64,000 nucleotides of DNA from Candidatus Omnitrophota bacterium (GCA_018830005.1 JAHJTE010000002.1:73517-137516); one strand, 5' to 3'. Positions 28,825 to 39,794 are shown, counted from the stretch's first letter. Notes: a model not told the origin generated them from the sequence alone. Made by a program: numbers and translations.

Positions 28825-30063
28825 TTAATTGATATTGAAATTTAACTTAACGCTGTGAGCAACTTTAAGAAAAAATGAATATAATTTAGCAAGTTTCCCA
28901 CCAAGACATTGCTCATCAAACCTACGTATATTCCCTTTAGCCCCGGCATCATCAAGAATAGCCCGGGCAAGATCGTAGCGTTTTTGCGCTTCAAGCAGGT
29001 CTACAAGCGCTAGGTAATTAATCTTAAAATCAATTTGATTTTGGTGCCTGAAAGCTCTTTTGAGTTCCTGAGGAGATAGATCATGAATAGGAAAAGCCTC
29101 TGCATATTTTAATTTGCCTATTGCTAACAGCATAGCCATTGTTTTAATACATTTAATACATCTACCGCAATTTAAGAATTTATCATGATTGATAGTGCAA
29201 ACTCTTAAATTCTGTAAAGCAATATCCCAATCAGCAATTATTTTAATCTTTTCAATCCTAGCAGATAATTTATCATGAATTATTTTTAAATCTAAGCTGC
29301 TATAATTGCGATCTAATGAAGGGTGGGATCCCCATGGTTGCAAATTTCTCGGAGAATCTGTAGAAGCAATATACATCATACTTATTCTTGAAGTAAAACA
29401 ATGTGCAACTGAGGAAAGAGCGGCGCCATGAAACCATTTAATCCAAAAGTCGACATCACTATACAAATGTCTAACATTAGTAAAAACTGGTATCAGATTA
29501 ACCTGCGCTTCTTTAGCAACTTCTGCGGCGCTCTTCATTGCTCTATCAAAGATGTCAAACTTTTTTTCTGAATTCTCATCATGGTAGATATCGAACCCAT
29601 GAACGAGAAAGCAATCTTTAATAGAAGAGGGGTGATTTAGGGGGTAAGTAAGGCGGTTATTGCGTAAAGAAAAAATTGAATCCACTCCTCCTGAAAAAAA
29701 TAGTCCAGCCCGATTTCTCCGATTCGTAGACGTTGAACTTGCCTTTATATTTGCATCAATTTGAATGGGCCTATATTGAGAACCATACCATTTTCTGAAG
29801 GTCTGTATATTGGTCACTATGCCCTTATGCAGAATCGAACAAACTTCTCCCTCTATTTTTATCCTTTTTTCTCCCAAATACATAGCTGGTAAACAACAAC
29901 CAACCAAAAAAGCATTGGGGTTGACTACCAAATCATCTCTAAATTCATCACTTGTTTCAAAATAAATATCAAGGCTTGCCTTGTCTACATCTTCCCAGAC
30001 AACGGTGGCAACTGCTCGACTTAAACCATCTCTTGTTTCTTCTCTTATATTTTTGATTTCCAC
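28825..30063 (-). CDS. PP-loop ATP pyrophosphatase (WbuX / QueC-like N-acetyl-sugar amidotransferase candidate)
   Basis: SGGVDS PP-loop; C-terminal Cys cluster C-x8-CGRCxKC resembling QueC/WbuX zinc site. Confidence 0.5.
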   Translation of the reverse strand: MEIKNIREETRDGLSRAVATVVWEDVDKASLDIYFETSDEFRDDLVVNPNAFLVGCCLPAMYLGEKRIKIEGEVCSILHKGIVTNIQTFRKWYGSQYRPIQIDANIKASSTSTNRRNRAGLFFSGGVDSIFSLRNNRLTYPLNHPSSIKDCFLVHGFDIYHDENSEKKFDIFDRAMKSAAEVAKEAQVNLIPVFTNVRHLYSDVDFWIKWFHGAALSSVAHCFTSRISMMYIASTDSPRNLQPWGSHPSLDRNYSSLDLKIIHDKLSARIEKIKIIADWDIALQNLRVCTINHDKFLNCGRCIKCIKTMAMLLAIGKLKYAEAFPIHDLSPQELKRAFRHQNQIDFKINYLALVDLLEAQKRYDLARAILDDAGAKGNIRRFDEQCLGGKLAKLYSFFLKVAHSVKLNFNIN

Positions 30064-30081
30064 TTTTCGTACCTCAGCTAA

Positions 30082-30813
30082 CTAAAGTTTGATTGGTTTT
30101 CTCCCAAAAAGCTTTAGTGTTAACAAGCCTCGAATCATATTCTTAAACCATTTAAATTTATGCCATTTCATTAAAAATTGTTCAAAAACTATGATTCTTG
30201 CATATTTTTCGTATCCTAGTTTTGTCAATATATGTATACTACGATTATTGCTGGGATCTATAGCTCCTACCAGGTATCTATATCCTTGTCTACGACAAAA
30301 ATCAGTAATGTACGATTTAAGAAAAAAGCCTAATCCATTCCCCCTATATTCAGGTACTACGTAGAATTGAAATAAGTAGGCTTGATCTTCTTTAAAAATA
30401 ATCTCCAAATCAAAACCTCCCCGCAAGGGAATCTTCTTAAGAACTAAGCAAATAGCTCCGATAATACGAGCATCCCGAATAGCTAGGAAATAACGAGATT
30501 CCAAATTTAAAACATCTTCCAAATCACTTCTTTTAACTAAAATATCTTTACGCAATTCAAGATATTCATCAAAATATGTCCTATCGTTTTTAGACAGAGT
30601 TTTAATCTGGATTTTTTCCTGCCATAAACGTAGTTTTTTTTCATCAGCCTCTTTAGAAGACAGAGACTTATCCCAAAGATTCAAAATGTAAATATCAATT
30701 GCTTTTTGCTGTCGAGTTGATAAAGCTTTTATTGAACGTAGAATACTAAAAATATCTTTTCGCCATACATTCTTTAATTTTTCTTTAACCCCTTCCTCTT
30801 GAACTTGAATCAT
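30082..30813 (-). CDS. GNAT-family N-acetyltransferase
   Basis: Motif A VVPEYRGNGLGFFL. Confidence 0.6.
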   Translation of the reverse strand: MIQVQEEGVKEKLKNVWRKDIFSILRSIKALSTRQQKAIDIYILNLWDKSLSSKEADEKKLRLWQEKIQIKTLSKNDRTYFDEYLELRKDILVKRSDLEDVLNLESRYFLAIRDARIIGAICLVLKKIPLRGGFDLEIIFKEDQAYLFQFYVVPEYRGNGLGFFLKSYITDFCRRQGYRYLVGAIDPSNNRSIHILTKLGYEKYARIIVFEQFLMKWHKFKWFKNMIRGLLTLKLFGRKPIKL

Positions 30814-30851
30814 TCTGTAAATCTCCCAATAAAGATTGCTACTTGGATATA

Positions 30852-32696
30852 TTATGAATTAAAAGTTTTTGCAGCAAAAATTACAGTAACCAACGACCTA
30901 AGAACACTGCCGGAAAAGATATGATCATCACCACTCGGTAATTCCTTTTTCATTAACCTCTCAACGCTCTTAATATCCAATATTCCCTCTACGCAGGGTG
31001 CTATAGTTAAAGCCTCTGACATCAGTTTTTGAAAAGATTTGTTGCGCAGAGAAAATGTATCAACATAAAACTGCGAAGTTACAACCGGCAAATAACCGGA
31101 TAATCGCATAATGGGGAATCGCACTTTTTCATTATAGTTTTTCCACAGTTTGTATTTAACCTCGGCTTTTAATCCCCTCACTAAACCCTCAGCATATTTT
31201 GCATTTTGCTCTAAAGGAATCGCTGCAAGCTGCGGACTTTTTTTGATCAAAAGAAGATCAGTAATAAGACGACTAAACAATAAAGCCGGAGGAAGCGAAA
31301 AGACGAAATCCATTAAATCATTGTCTATGGGAGGCATCCTAAGACAATCGGCCGTAGCCAGTGCTCTAACTGATCCCCCTACTTTGAAACGGCCGTTCGT
31401 CCGTAACCACAAACCCCACATTTGATGGTAAGGATAATTCGCGATGCGTTGAATAAGGGCGACGAGTTCGTTTTTATAATCATTTACATAATCGTCAACA
31501 TCTCCCAAAAAACACTGTCGTAGTTCCTCAAGAGAGAGAAGCGACGATCCCGGAAAATTTAAGTAGTAAGCTGCCTTTTCTTGCTCGCTATTGAAGGATT
31601 TCATCTTATTGGGAAGATGCCCGCCACCGATGATTTGATCCGCTAGGTAACTTGACGTTACATAATCACAACCCTGAGAGAGTTTATTTATAGTTTCAAA
31701 AGTGTCAAGAGGAAATATGCGACGAGAAAAACTATCCAAACCTAAATATGCCCAAGCAGAATTGATATTGAAATCCCGGCAAATGGGCGAACGTTGCCAG
31801 GTGAAGCCCTGTACACGACTTACCTCTCGCGCCAGGAAGACTTCACTGTGATGCGGTTCGCCAAAAGTGACACATTCCGGCGAAATTCTAGCTTTTTTCA
31901 AGATATAACTATAGAGTCGGGAATCTTTCCCTCCAGACTGAAGATAACGTACCTTATCTCCGGGCTTAAATAGGCGTTTAACCGCATGGGTATATCTATA
32001 TTCAAGCTCATCAAGCAATAGTAGCTGGCTAGTCCCCCAATTTTTTTCTGAGAAAGGCAAAGCTTTCTCTTCAATCAGTTTCAGTTCGCCCTTATTTATC
32101 CGGTAGCTTGAATTCGGCAACAAACGAACAACATTCTCCAAAATTGTGCGTTCCTCGAATGCTATCCCCATATACAACAAATCAAACAGGCCTCTCTTAC
32201 TCAATTTTGGGGAATAACCGGGAATGAGCTTCAAAGTCATAATAGACGACGTTAAAACAAAACTATCATGGCCTACAACTACAAAAAATACCTGGTAAAT
32301 TCCCAGCCGATCCAAGGCTACTTCTGCGAATTGTTCTTTAGGGCTCAAAACAAAAAAGTTATACATGCCGTTTAAGCCGATACACGCTGATATACCCGAT
32401 TTCTTGTAAAGCATATAAAGCGATTGGGCATTGGCTTTTTGGTAAGTATCTTTCGAATTCTCCATAGATACCTTTTCACCCACATACCCGTTTAAGATGG
32501 CGATTTGATTTGAATCTCGGTCGACAAAAATATCAAGCGTATCATTCTTGTTTTGCGTATAGACAACATGGGCATTATCGAATTGGTATTTTGAAGTCGT
32601 AAGCCATGAAAAGAACTTCAATTTCGCAGCTATGCTTTTGAGAGCACTCTCACTTAAGGGTTTATTATTATGGAAATGAATGAAAAAATGACTCAT
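30852..32696 (-). CDS. Asparagine-synthase-like PP-loop protein lacking N-terminal Cys nucleophile
   Basis: SGGKDS PP-loop and AsnB-like N-domain traces (LNGMYNFFV); no Cys at position 2. Confidence 0.55.
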   Translation of the reverse strand: MSHFFIHFHNNKPLSESALKSIAAKLKFFSWLTTSKYQFDNAHVVYTQNKNDTLDIFVDRDSNQIAILNGYVGEKVSMENSKDTYQKANAQSLYMLYKKSGISACIGLNGMYNFFVLSPKEQFAEVALDRLGIYQVFFVVVGHDSFVLTSSIMTLKLIPGYSPKLSKRGLFDLLYMGIAFEERTILENVVRLLPNSSYRINKGELKLIEEKALPFSEKNWGTSQLLLLDELEYRYTHAVKRLFKPGDKVRYLQSGGKDSRLYSYILKKARISPECVTFGEPHHSEVFLAREVSRVQGFTWQRSPICRDFNINSAWAYLGLDSFSRRIFPLDTFETINKLSQGCDYVTSSYLADQIIGGGHLPNKMKSFNSEQEKAAYYLNFPGSSLLSLEELRQCFLGDVDDYVNDYKNELVALIQRIANYPYHQMWGLWLRTNGRFKVGGSVRALATADCLRMPPIDNDLMDFVFSLPPALLFSRLITDLLLIKKSPQLAAIPLEQNAKYAEGLVRGLKAEVKYKLWKNYNEKVRFPIMRLSGYLPVVTSQFYVDTFSLRNKSFQKLMSEALTIAPCVEGILDIKSVERLMKKELPSGDDHIFSGSVLRSLVTVIFAAKTFNS

Positions 32697-32876
32697 ATGC
32701 CAGCCTTCTTATTATTTATTAAGTTGCCATTCGATTTTTGCTAAGAATACCAGATTGTCGCTACCCGACATTTCAGCAGCTGCAATTCGGAATATATCAT
32801 TTTTTCTAAACGAATTAATAATTCCTGTATTCTTTAATTGCATTTTTCAATTTGTTAAGACTGCTGTTTATAGCCT

Positions 32877-34322
32877 TTACTGGGACAATACTAGCTTCTT
32901 CATTTCTATAATAAAGTTTCTTTCGATTCTGTGTAGCGAGTAAACATATACTGCTATAGCAAAAGAGAATAAGATTAAAAATCTTAATGAAATAAGCAAA
33001 TTATATGGCATAATAAAATTCTTAATCAAAATTAAACTTAATGCCATAATTAAAGATGAAATCAAGGCTGGTTTGAGGTTTAGGTAAACTTGTTTTAAAC
33101 CAAAATTCAATATTTTCATTTGAAAGCTTAAGCTAACAATAAAAGCAATAAAACTTGATGCTCCTACAACTATTCCTACTCCATTTATTCCAAATAATTT
33201 TGCCATAGGCACAATGAATATGAGAAAAATGGTTACCTGCATTGCAGTTATCCAAAAGACAATTTTTGGCTTACCACAAGCCAAAAAAACACCACCCAAA
33301 CCGGAAGATAGACTATTAAAAACACCTGCGACTGCTAAAATTTTTAAAACGCTTATTGCGCCTATCCACTTCTGTCCATAAACAAAGCTTAATAATTCTT
33401 CTGCCAAAAAAATTAGCCCTACTCCAAAAGGAAGGGCAATTAAACTAACATGCTTAAAAACTTTAAAGGATGCCCTTTTTAAATCATCTAAATTTCCTTG
33501 AAGTTTGGAATAAGCTGGAAAAATAACGCGCTGGACCTTCCCTCCAAAATAATCTCTAGCAAAATTAGCCAAATTAAAAGCGATTGCATATAGTCCTAAG
33601 GCAGCGACCCCCAAAAGCTTTCCCACTAAAAGATTATCTAAATTCATTTTTAAAAACCAAACTACTCCACCCAGAAAAAGGAACTTGCCGAAATGAAACA
33701 TTTCAAAGGCGATTTTCCTGTCAAATTCAAGTCTTGGATGCCATTTGCTAAAAACCCAAAACATTATATTTTGACAGAAAGTCTTTAATACATAAGCAAA
33801 CACTAAACTCCATATTCCTACCCCAGATATCGCCAAAATAATAGCAGTTATAGAATAAATAATTCCTGTGCTAATCTCAATCTTTGATATGTTTTTAAAC
33901 TGCATACTCTTCTCTAGCAGGGCTCTGGGAACATTTCCAAAACAACTGATAATAAAGATTACGCCTAAGGCTCTTACAACCCCCACTACTTCCTGATTAT
34001 TTAGGAATTTACCAATCACCGGTGCTGAAATTGCTAAAATCAGATATATGCTCACGCCCAACACGGGAATAATAAAAAAGGCAGTGTTTGCTGCCTTTTC
34101 TACATCGTCTTTTCTACGTATTAGTGCTGAATCAAAGCCCATGCTCTTAAATAGACCTAAGGTATCAATAGCTATAAAGGCAAGGGAAAATAAACCAAAA
34201 GTAGCTGGATTTAAAATTCGCGCTAAAACAATCGTTGTACCAAGAGAAATAATCCTACTAATAAAACTCAAACCCACAAGCCACTTTATTCCATTAACCG
34301 TTTGTTTCTTTAGGGAAGTCAT
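32877..34322 (-). CDS. Polysaccharide biosynthesis flippase (Wzx/MOP superfamily)
   Basis: About 12-14 TM; N-terminal KxxxxNxxW-type start typical of Polysacc_synt. Confidence 0.8.
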   Translation of the reverse strand: MTSLKKQTVNGIKWLVGLSFISRIISLGTTIVLARILNPATFGLFSLAFIAIDTLGLFKSMGFDSALIRRKDDVEKAANTAFFIIPVLGVSIYLILAISAPVIGKFLNNQEVVGVVRALGVIFIISCFGNVPRALLEKSMQFKNISKIEISTGIIYSITAIILAISGVGIWSLVFAYVLKTFCQNIMFWVFSKWHPRLEFDRKIAFEMFHFGKFLFLGGVVWFLKMNLDNLLVGKLLGVAALGLYAIAFNLANFARDYFGGKVQRVIFPAYSKLQGNLDDLKRASFKVFKHVSLIALPFGVGLIFLAEELLSFVYGQKWIGAISVLKILAVAGVFNSLSSGLGGVFLACGKPKIVFWITAMQVTIFLIFIVPMAKLFGINGVGIVVGASSFIAFIVSLSFQMKILNFGLKQVYLNLKPALISSLIMALSLILIKNFIMPYNLLISLRFLILFSFAIAVYVYSLHRIERNFIIEMKKLVLSQ

Positions 34323-34397
34323 TTTTATATTTCGCTTTGTATTATACGTATTTGTTTTTATTTATGAATTTTTCTATAAAATTTGATAGACATTTTG

Positions 34398-35051
34398 TTA
34401 GCTTGAGTTAACGATAACGCAATATAGTTGACCAATTTTTTTAAAATCGTATTTTTTAAATCCTGCCTTTTTTAACAAATTTTCAATACTTGTTTTTGTG
34501 TAAAAATAAACATTACAACCTTTTAATGCTAATCTTAACATTCTTAAGACAGATCGCCACGTCTTAGCTCGTGGAAAACTCATAATGGCCTTATCTCGGA
34601 TTAAAGTTTTCATTTTTGCTAAAACTGGAAGTGGCTCTTTAATATAATCAAATAATCCAATACCAATACAAACATCAAATTTCTCAACCGGCATATAATT
34701 TATAAGGTCGGTTTGAATAAATAAGCATTTTCCATTTAAACCTTCTTGATTTGCCCGGTTCTGACATATTTTAATCATCGTTTCTGAAATATCTATACCT
34801 ACTACTTTTTGCGCATTATCTTTAGCGAGCGATAGCGAATATAGACCAGTCCCGCATCCTACATCAAGAAACATTCTGTTAGAAATGGGCTTAGACGCTT
34901 CCATAGCGTACTCATAACGCTTATACATATCCCATCTAAATATCGAATCCAGTAAGTTTTTTATTTTATTTTTTTCGTGTGAATAGATTGAATCAAAATT
35001 TTTTGCTTCTCTATTCCAAAACTTTTTTTGTTTAATGAACTCTTCATTCAT
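34398..35051 (-). CDS. Class I SAM-dependent methyltransferase
   Basis: Motif I LDVGCGTGLYSLSLA. Confidence 0.75.
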   Translation of the reverse strand: MNEEFIKQKKFWNREAKNFDSIYSHEKNKIKNLLDSIFRWDMYKRYEYAMEASKPISNRMFLDVGCGTGLYSLSLAKDNAQKVVGIDISETMIKICQNRANQEGLNGKCLFIQTDLINYMPVEKFDVCIGIGLFDYIKEPLPVLAKMKTLIRDKAIMSFPRAKTWRSVLRMLRLALKGCNVYFYTKTSIENLLKKAGFKKYDFKKIGQLYCVIVNSS

Positions 35052-35869
35052 AAAGATAAGATCTCCTTTATTGAAGTAAATTCAAAATCACTTAATAATT
35101 TATTAAGCCTTTTAAATGTTTTACCCAAATTATAATAATGCCTGAACCGTTTAAAGCCCCCTACCTTTACTCGTGGCTGCTTACTATCTATCTCCCATGG
35201 ATGTAAATAGAAAATAACAGGACGACCTTGCTTCATACAATGTTTTATGAAGAATTTAGTTAAAGGATACGGAAAAAGTCGGAAATATCCGCCACCACTG
35301 CAAGGCACTCTTCTGCCATAAAACTCTGCACAACTTAAAGGAACTTCAATAAGTGAGTTATCAAATTCATAAATAGATAGTTGGGAATTTGGTATTCCAT
35401 AATCTGGATGAAAACTAATGGGAAAAATTGAAGAATCATACCGAATGCCATTTTTTATAAGAATATCCAGAGCCCACAATGTATCTTTTTTGATTGTAAA
35501 AGACGGTGCTCGAAATCCTAGAATTTCATCATGCTTTATGCATCTTTTTGTGACATATAGAGCTTTTTTCAAATCTTCTTCAAAACCAATTGGTGTCATT
35601 TCGGTAATCAAGGTATGAGAGTATCCGTGAGTGGCTATTTCGTGACCTCTTTCTTCAATTTCACTAATTAAATCAGGAACTCGCTCGGCTATCCAACCAA
35701 GAATAAAAAAAGTTGCTTTGGTGTTATATTTGACAAATAGATCAAGAATTTGTCTCGTATTTTTTACTAGTCGTAGTTCGCATTTTCCCCAATCCTCCTT
35801 CTTGATAACTGAGCTTAAATTTTCAACACAAAACCAATCTTCTAAATCAACAGATATAGCATTTTTCAT
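35048..35869 (-). CDS. XrtA/PEP-CTERM-system polysaccharide deacetylase
   Basis: N-terminal NAISVDLEDWF and overall match to PEP-CTERM locus deacetylase subfamily. Confidence 0.75.
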   Translation of the reverse strand: MKNAISVDLEDWFCVENLSSVIKKEDWGKCELRLVKNTRQILDLFVKYNTKATFFILGWIAERVPDLISEIEERGHEIATHGYSHTLITEMTPIGFEEDLKKALYVTKRCIKHDEILGFRAPSFTIKKDTLWALDILIKNGIRYDSSIFPISFHPDYGIPNSQLSIYEFDNSLIEVPLSCAEFYGRRVPCSGGGYFRLFPYPLTKFFIKHCMKQGRPVIFYLHPWEIDSKQPRVKVGGFKRFRHYYNLGKTFKRLNKLLSDFEFTSIKEILSL

Positions 35870-35949
35870 TTCCTCTATTCCCTTCTCGTTAACTTTGATA
35901 AATTAATCGTTTACTTGTTTAGTGCTTTTTCTTATGTTGATACCTTTGC

Positions 35950-36804
35950 TTATTTCTCCGCGACAACCCGTATTCCTAAAAATGCCTTAAATGGTGCTGT
36001 ATTAGCTATATCTACCTTTAGTTTCGGTGGAAGTAGATCCAAGCCATTTTCAAGCCATCCAACTAAGTATGCGGGACACCGCATATAAACCCCCTTCCCT
36101 CCAATATATATCGTTACTTTTGAAAAACCGGCTTCTTTAAAAAGCTGACTAAGTTCCTTCACACTATACTCTTTCAAATGAAAGCCTGTCGCAGAATTGT
36201 CAAAATATTTTGAGATATCATGAGGACCTGATAGACGGCTTGGAGTAATACAGATATATTTTCCACCCCGAGATAAAGTCCTATAAATTTCCCTAAGTTG
36301 CTCAAAGGCATCTTCTGGATGAAGATGTTCCATAAGCTGGTAACTATAGGCAATATTTATACTTTCTGACTCAATAGGAATATGACATCCATCGGAAATG
36401 ATGACTTTTAGCTTTTTGGAAAAATCACTGTTTTTTGTTATGACCTCTGATACATCAACAGCGTAGACATTCTTGACATATCGAGAAACCTCAGACGATA
36501 AGCTACAATCGCCGGCTCCGATTTCAAGAAATACAGCCTCAGGATACAAAAATCGTTTAAGAAGCCTCATTTGCCTTCGGACAGCAGCGTTTCTTGCTTC
36601 GTGACTATGCTTACGAGCTAAAAGAGAATGTCCAGGAACACGATGAAATAGTTCATCATAAAGAACATTATACAATTCAATCCTCTCTTCTTTGTGGGCA
36701 TTACGAAGCCTATTAGATAACTCTTTTTCAACCTCATAATGTTGCCTTAGTTGTTCGTGCGTCCTTTTTTCCCACTCAGGAGGCTTAATGCGTAAGATTT
36801 TCAT
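35950..36804 (-). CDS. Class I SAM-dependent methyltransferase
   Basis: Motif I FLEIGAGDCSL; acidic motif II AVDVSE. Confidence 0.65.
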   Translation of the reverse strand: MKILRIKPPEWEKRTHEQLRQHYEVEKELSNRLRNAHKEERIELYNVLYDELFHRVPGHSLLARKHSHEARNAAVRRQMRLLKRFLYPEAVFLEIGAGDCSLSSEVSRYVKNVYAVDVSEVITKNSDFSKKLKVIISDGCHIPIESESINIAYSYQLMEHLHPEDAFEQLREIYRTLSRGGKYICITPSRLSGPHDISKYFDNSATGFHLKEYSVKELSQLFKEAGFSKVTIYIGGKGVYMRCPAYLVGWLENGLDLLPPKLKVDIANTAPFKAFLGIRVVAEK

Positions 36805-36859
36805 GTATTTATCATCTATTTAACTCTGAATACTGACATCTGATAACCAACAACTACTA

Positions 36860-37648
36860 TCAGAGGTAGCGATAAAGATACCCAGGTATATGATACTGAA
36901 GATTAGTAAGGATATATCCTAGAATCTTGGCTTGGGCCTGCCTTAACAACCCTTCCCCATGCTTAAGCACACCTTTCTGAGTTCTGTTTGTCTGCACTAC
37001 CATTATTACGCCATCAGTTTGAGCCCCTAGGAGACCAGCATCTGTTACTGGAATAATAGGTGGTGCATCAAAGATGATATAATCATACTTTGACTTGAGG
37101 ACTTTAATGAAGTTTTTTGACTGAGGTGAGCCCAGGAGTTCGGCAGGATTATGGGGGGATTTGCCTGACGGTAAAACGGTGAGATTAGCAATGCCTATAT
37201 CAACTAACGCATCATCTACATTTGCGCCATTGCTCAATAAATCTGAAAGTCCAACTTCCTCTTTAAATCCTAAATACTTGCTAATCCTTCCTCTGCGCAT
37301 ATCCGCATCTACCAGTATAATCTTTTTATTATGCAGATCATGTGCCATGGAGATTGCTAAGTTTATGGCAGTAATTGTCTTTCCTTCTCCATGAGTAGAG
37401 CTGGTAATAGTAATCGCCTTAATCGGGTACTTTGAATCAATTGCCTGGATATTAGTGCGAAGTTTCTTATATTGCTCTGCCACAGATGAAGATGGTTCGT
37501 GTAAACTTACGATCCTAGGGTCGATCTTTGAATCAAGGCGTTTTTTGACTACAAACTCAAACTTCATGCCTGCTTTTTCCTCAAACTTTTCAATCTTTTG
37601 CAGTCTTTCTTCAGCTGCCTTTTTTAATGCATTGGTGATTTTACCCAT
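36860..37648 (-). CDS. Exopolysaccharide tyrosine autokinase (BY-kinase, cytoplasmic catalytic subunit)
   Basis: Walker A HGEGKTITAINLA, Walker A' DADMRRG, C-terminal Tyr cluster YHIPGYLYRYL. Confidence 0.75.
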   Translation of the reverse strand: MGKITNALKKAAEERLQKIEKFEEKAGMKFEFVVKKRLDSKIDPRIVSLHEPSSSVAEQYKKLRTNIQAIDSKYPIKAITITSSTHGEGKTITAINLAISMAHDLHNKKIILVDADMRRGRISKYLGFKEEVGLSDLLSNGANVDDALVDIGIANLTVLPSGKSPHNPAELLGSPQSKNFIKVLKSKYDYIIFDAPPIIPVTDAGLLGAQTDGVIMVVQTNRTQKGVLKHGEGLLRQAQAKILGYILTNLQYHIPGYLYRYL

Positions 37649-38468
37649 TGTCTTTTCTCCTAGTTAGAAAATTCCATTCTTTTATTGATTCATCTATAAA
37701 TTTCTTTGTTATTGTTTTCATTTCGTAAACGTATCCGGAAAGAAGCGCGCTATCACAAACAAGGTTAATTAACCTGGGGACTCCTTTTGAGTAAGTATAG
37801 ATTGAATCTAAGGCGCCTTGACTAAATATGTCAACTCCATTTGAACTTGCTACCTTTAGCCTATGACGGATATAATCCTGGGCCTCATTTTTATCTAACG
37901 CTTCTAAGTGATAATAGACAGAGATTCTCTGTTTAAATTGTTCTAAGCGAGGATGCTCTAATTTTGTCCGTAATTGTGGCTGGCCAATAAGTATGATCTG
38001 AATCATCTTATCAGTTTCAGTTTCTAAATTAGAGAGCATCCTCACCTCTTCTAATACCTTTGGGGTCAAATTCTGTGCTTCATCAATTATCAATACGACA
38101 TTTATATCATTACTGAGTTGTTTTATAAGGTAGGCATTAAGTTGAGATAATAGCTTTTGTTTACTTCCTGATTTGAAATCAATTTCTAGCTCTTCTAGAA
38201 TTTGTGCAATCAACTCCTTGCAAGTCAGATGGCTATTGGTAATAAGGGCTACTTTGGTAGCACAATCAAGTTTATTAAGGAGTGTTCTGCAGATAGTAGT
38301 CTTACCTGCCCCAATCTCACCTGTTATCACGACAAAGCCCTTTCTTTCGCTTATAGCATAGATCAGGCTATTTAAGGCCTCTGTATGCTTAGAGCTAGGG
38401 AAGAAAAACCTTGAATCTGGTGTTGTGTTAAAGGGTTTATCAGTGAACTGATAGAATTTTTCGTACAT
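37641..38468 (-). CDS. PEP-CTERM-locus AAA ATPase (ExeA/GspA-like, TIGR03015-type)
   Basis: P-loop GEIGAGKTT; N-terminal FxxxPF; 8-nt overlap with BY-kinase gene. Confidence 0.75.
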   Translation of the reverse strand: MYEKFYQFTDKPFNTTPDSRFFFPSSKHTEALNSLIYAISERKGFVVITGEIGAGKTTICRTLLNKLDCATKVALITNSHLTCKELIAQILEELEIDFKSGSKQKLLSQLNAYLIKQLSNDINVVLIIDEAQNLTPKVLEEVRMLSNLETETDKMIQIILIGQPQLRTKLEHPRLEQFKQRISVYYHLEALDKNEAQDYIRHRLKVASSNGVDIFSQGALDSIYTYSKGVPRLINLVCDSALLSGYVYEMKTITKKFIDESIKEWNFLTRRKDNG

Positions 38469-38477
38469 AATTTACCT

Positions 38478-39794
38478 CTAGCTTCTAAAGAAAGCCATAA
38501 ACATTGAAATGATAATAAGCAATGCGCTGACTACTAAACCAATAATAATTATCATCTTTTTCTTTCTTTTTTCCTTATCAATCTCTTCCTGGGTAGTAAG
38601 CCGGGAAATCGCTCCTAATATAGGGAGCTCTAAATTACTTTTTGCATCTTCTATATCCAGGAAAGACTTATCCATAAATTCCCTGCCTAAGACCAGACCA
38701 GTACCAGCCATACCTCCAAAGAAAAGACCTAAGAATATAACTAGTATTTTCTTAGGCTTAGAAGGCTGTAAGGGTAATCTGGGAGGGTCTAAAATAGTAT
38801 AACGAGTCCCTTCTTTTGATACTTCCAGGCGCTGGGTAATCTTTGCAGTTTCAAGCTTTTGTAAGAGCATATTGTAAATATTCTCATTTACTCTTATATC
38901 CCGGGCTAAGACAGAGTCAATCTTATCCATTAACAGCAATTTATAAATAGAGTCTCTTGCGCTTTCGCCCTCATTAGCAGCATCATTGGAAGCATAAGCT
39001 GTTGCGCCAATTGAAGACAAGCTATCTCCTGTAACCTTGTCTATCTCTTCTTTTAAAGCCTCATATACTGGATTTGTTACTGGCTTCTCAATATCTCCTA
39101 CCTCGTATCCTCCAGAATTAAGCTCCTGATTTAGGGCCTGTATTTTCTGCCTTAAGTCCTTAACCATGGGGTGCTGTTCAGTAGAATCACCGAGAAGCTT
39201 CTTAAGCTGATCTTCTAATGATGCAATCTCTGTTTCCTTTATCTTTCTCTTATAGATCCTTAGCTGGTCTTTAATAAATTCTATGGCTACATCTGTTTCT
39301 TTACTCTGGGACTGAACGTTCTTTTCAATAAATACATCAGTTATAGTCTTTGCAATAAGCTGGGTCTCTTCAGGTTCTTTGCCAAAATAAGCTAATCTTA
39401 TAATATTAGGTCCACGCATCTGAACTAGGATATTATTTCTTAAGCTTTTTATAAGATTTTCATATTCTAACTGGTTTTTTACATTCTTTGCTAAATCCAG
39501 CTTTTTAGCTAACTCTACCAGACTGCTCCAGCTTAATATCTGCTCCCGTAGGGTGCGCATCCTCTGTGCAACTGAAGTAGATACAGCCAGGCCTTGAATT
39601 AAAGGATTAATAATCTTCTCTTCCTCAACCAAAATCACAGTTGAAGATTCATATGTTGGCGGTAAAGTAAAGGCAAGAGTAATGCTTATCACCAACCCCG
39701 CAAATATCGGAGTTATAAACAGCCATTTTCTTCTAAAGAGTATCTTTAGATAATCTGCCGGGTTTCTTTGTTTAGCGTTTTCATAATTTTCCAT
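38478..39794 (-). CDS. Polysaccharide chain-length determinant (Wzz-like)
   Basis: N- and C-terminal TM helices flanking coiled-coil periplasmic region. Confidence 0.7.
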   Translation of the reverse strand: MENYENAKQRNPADYLKILFRRKWLFITPIFAGLVISITLAFTLPPTYESSTVILVEEEKIINPLIQGLAVSTSVAQRMRTLREQILSWSSLVELAKKLDLAKNVKNQLEYENLIKSLRNNILVQMRGPNIIRLAYFGKEPEETQLIAKTITDVFIEKNVQSQSKETDVAIEFIKDQLRIYKRKIKETEIASLEDQLKKLLGDSTEQHPMVKDLRQKIQALNQELNSGGYEVGDIEKPVTNPVYEALKEEIDKVTGDSLSSIGATAYASNDAANEGESARDSIYKLLLMDKIDSVLARDIRVNENIYNMLLQKLETAKITQRLEVSKEGTRYTILDPPRLPLQPSKPKKILVIFLGLFFGGMAGTGLVLGREFMDKSFLDIEDAKSNLELPILGAISRLTTQEEIDKEKRKKKMIIIIGLVVSALLIIISMFMAFFRS

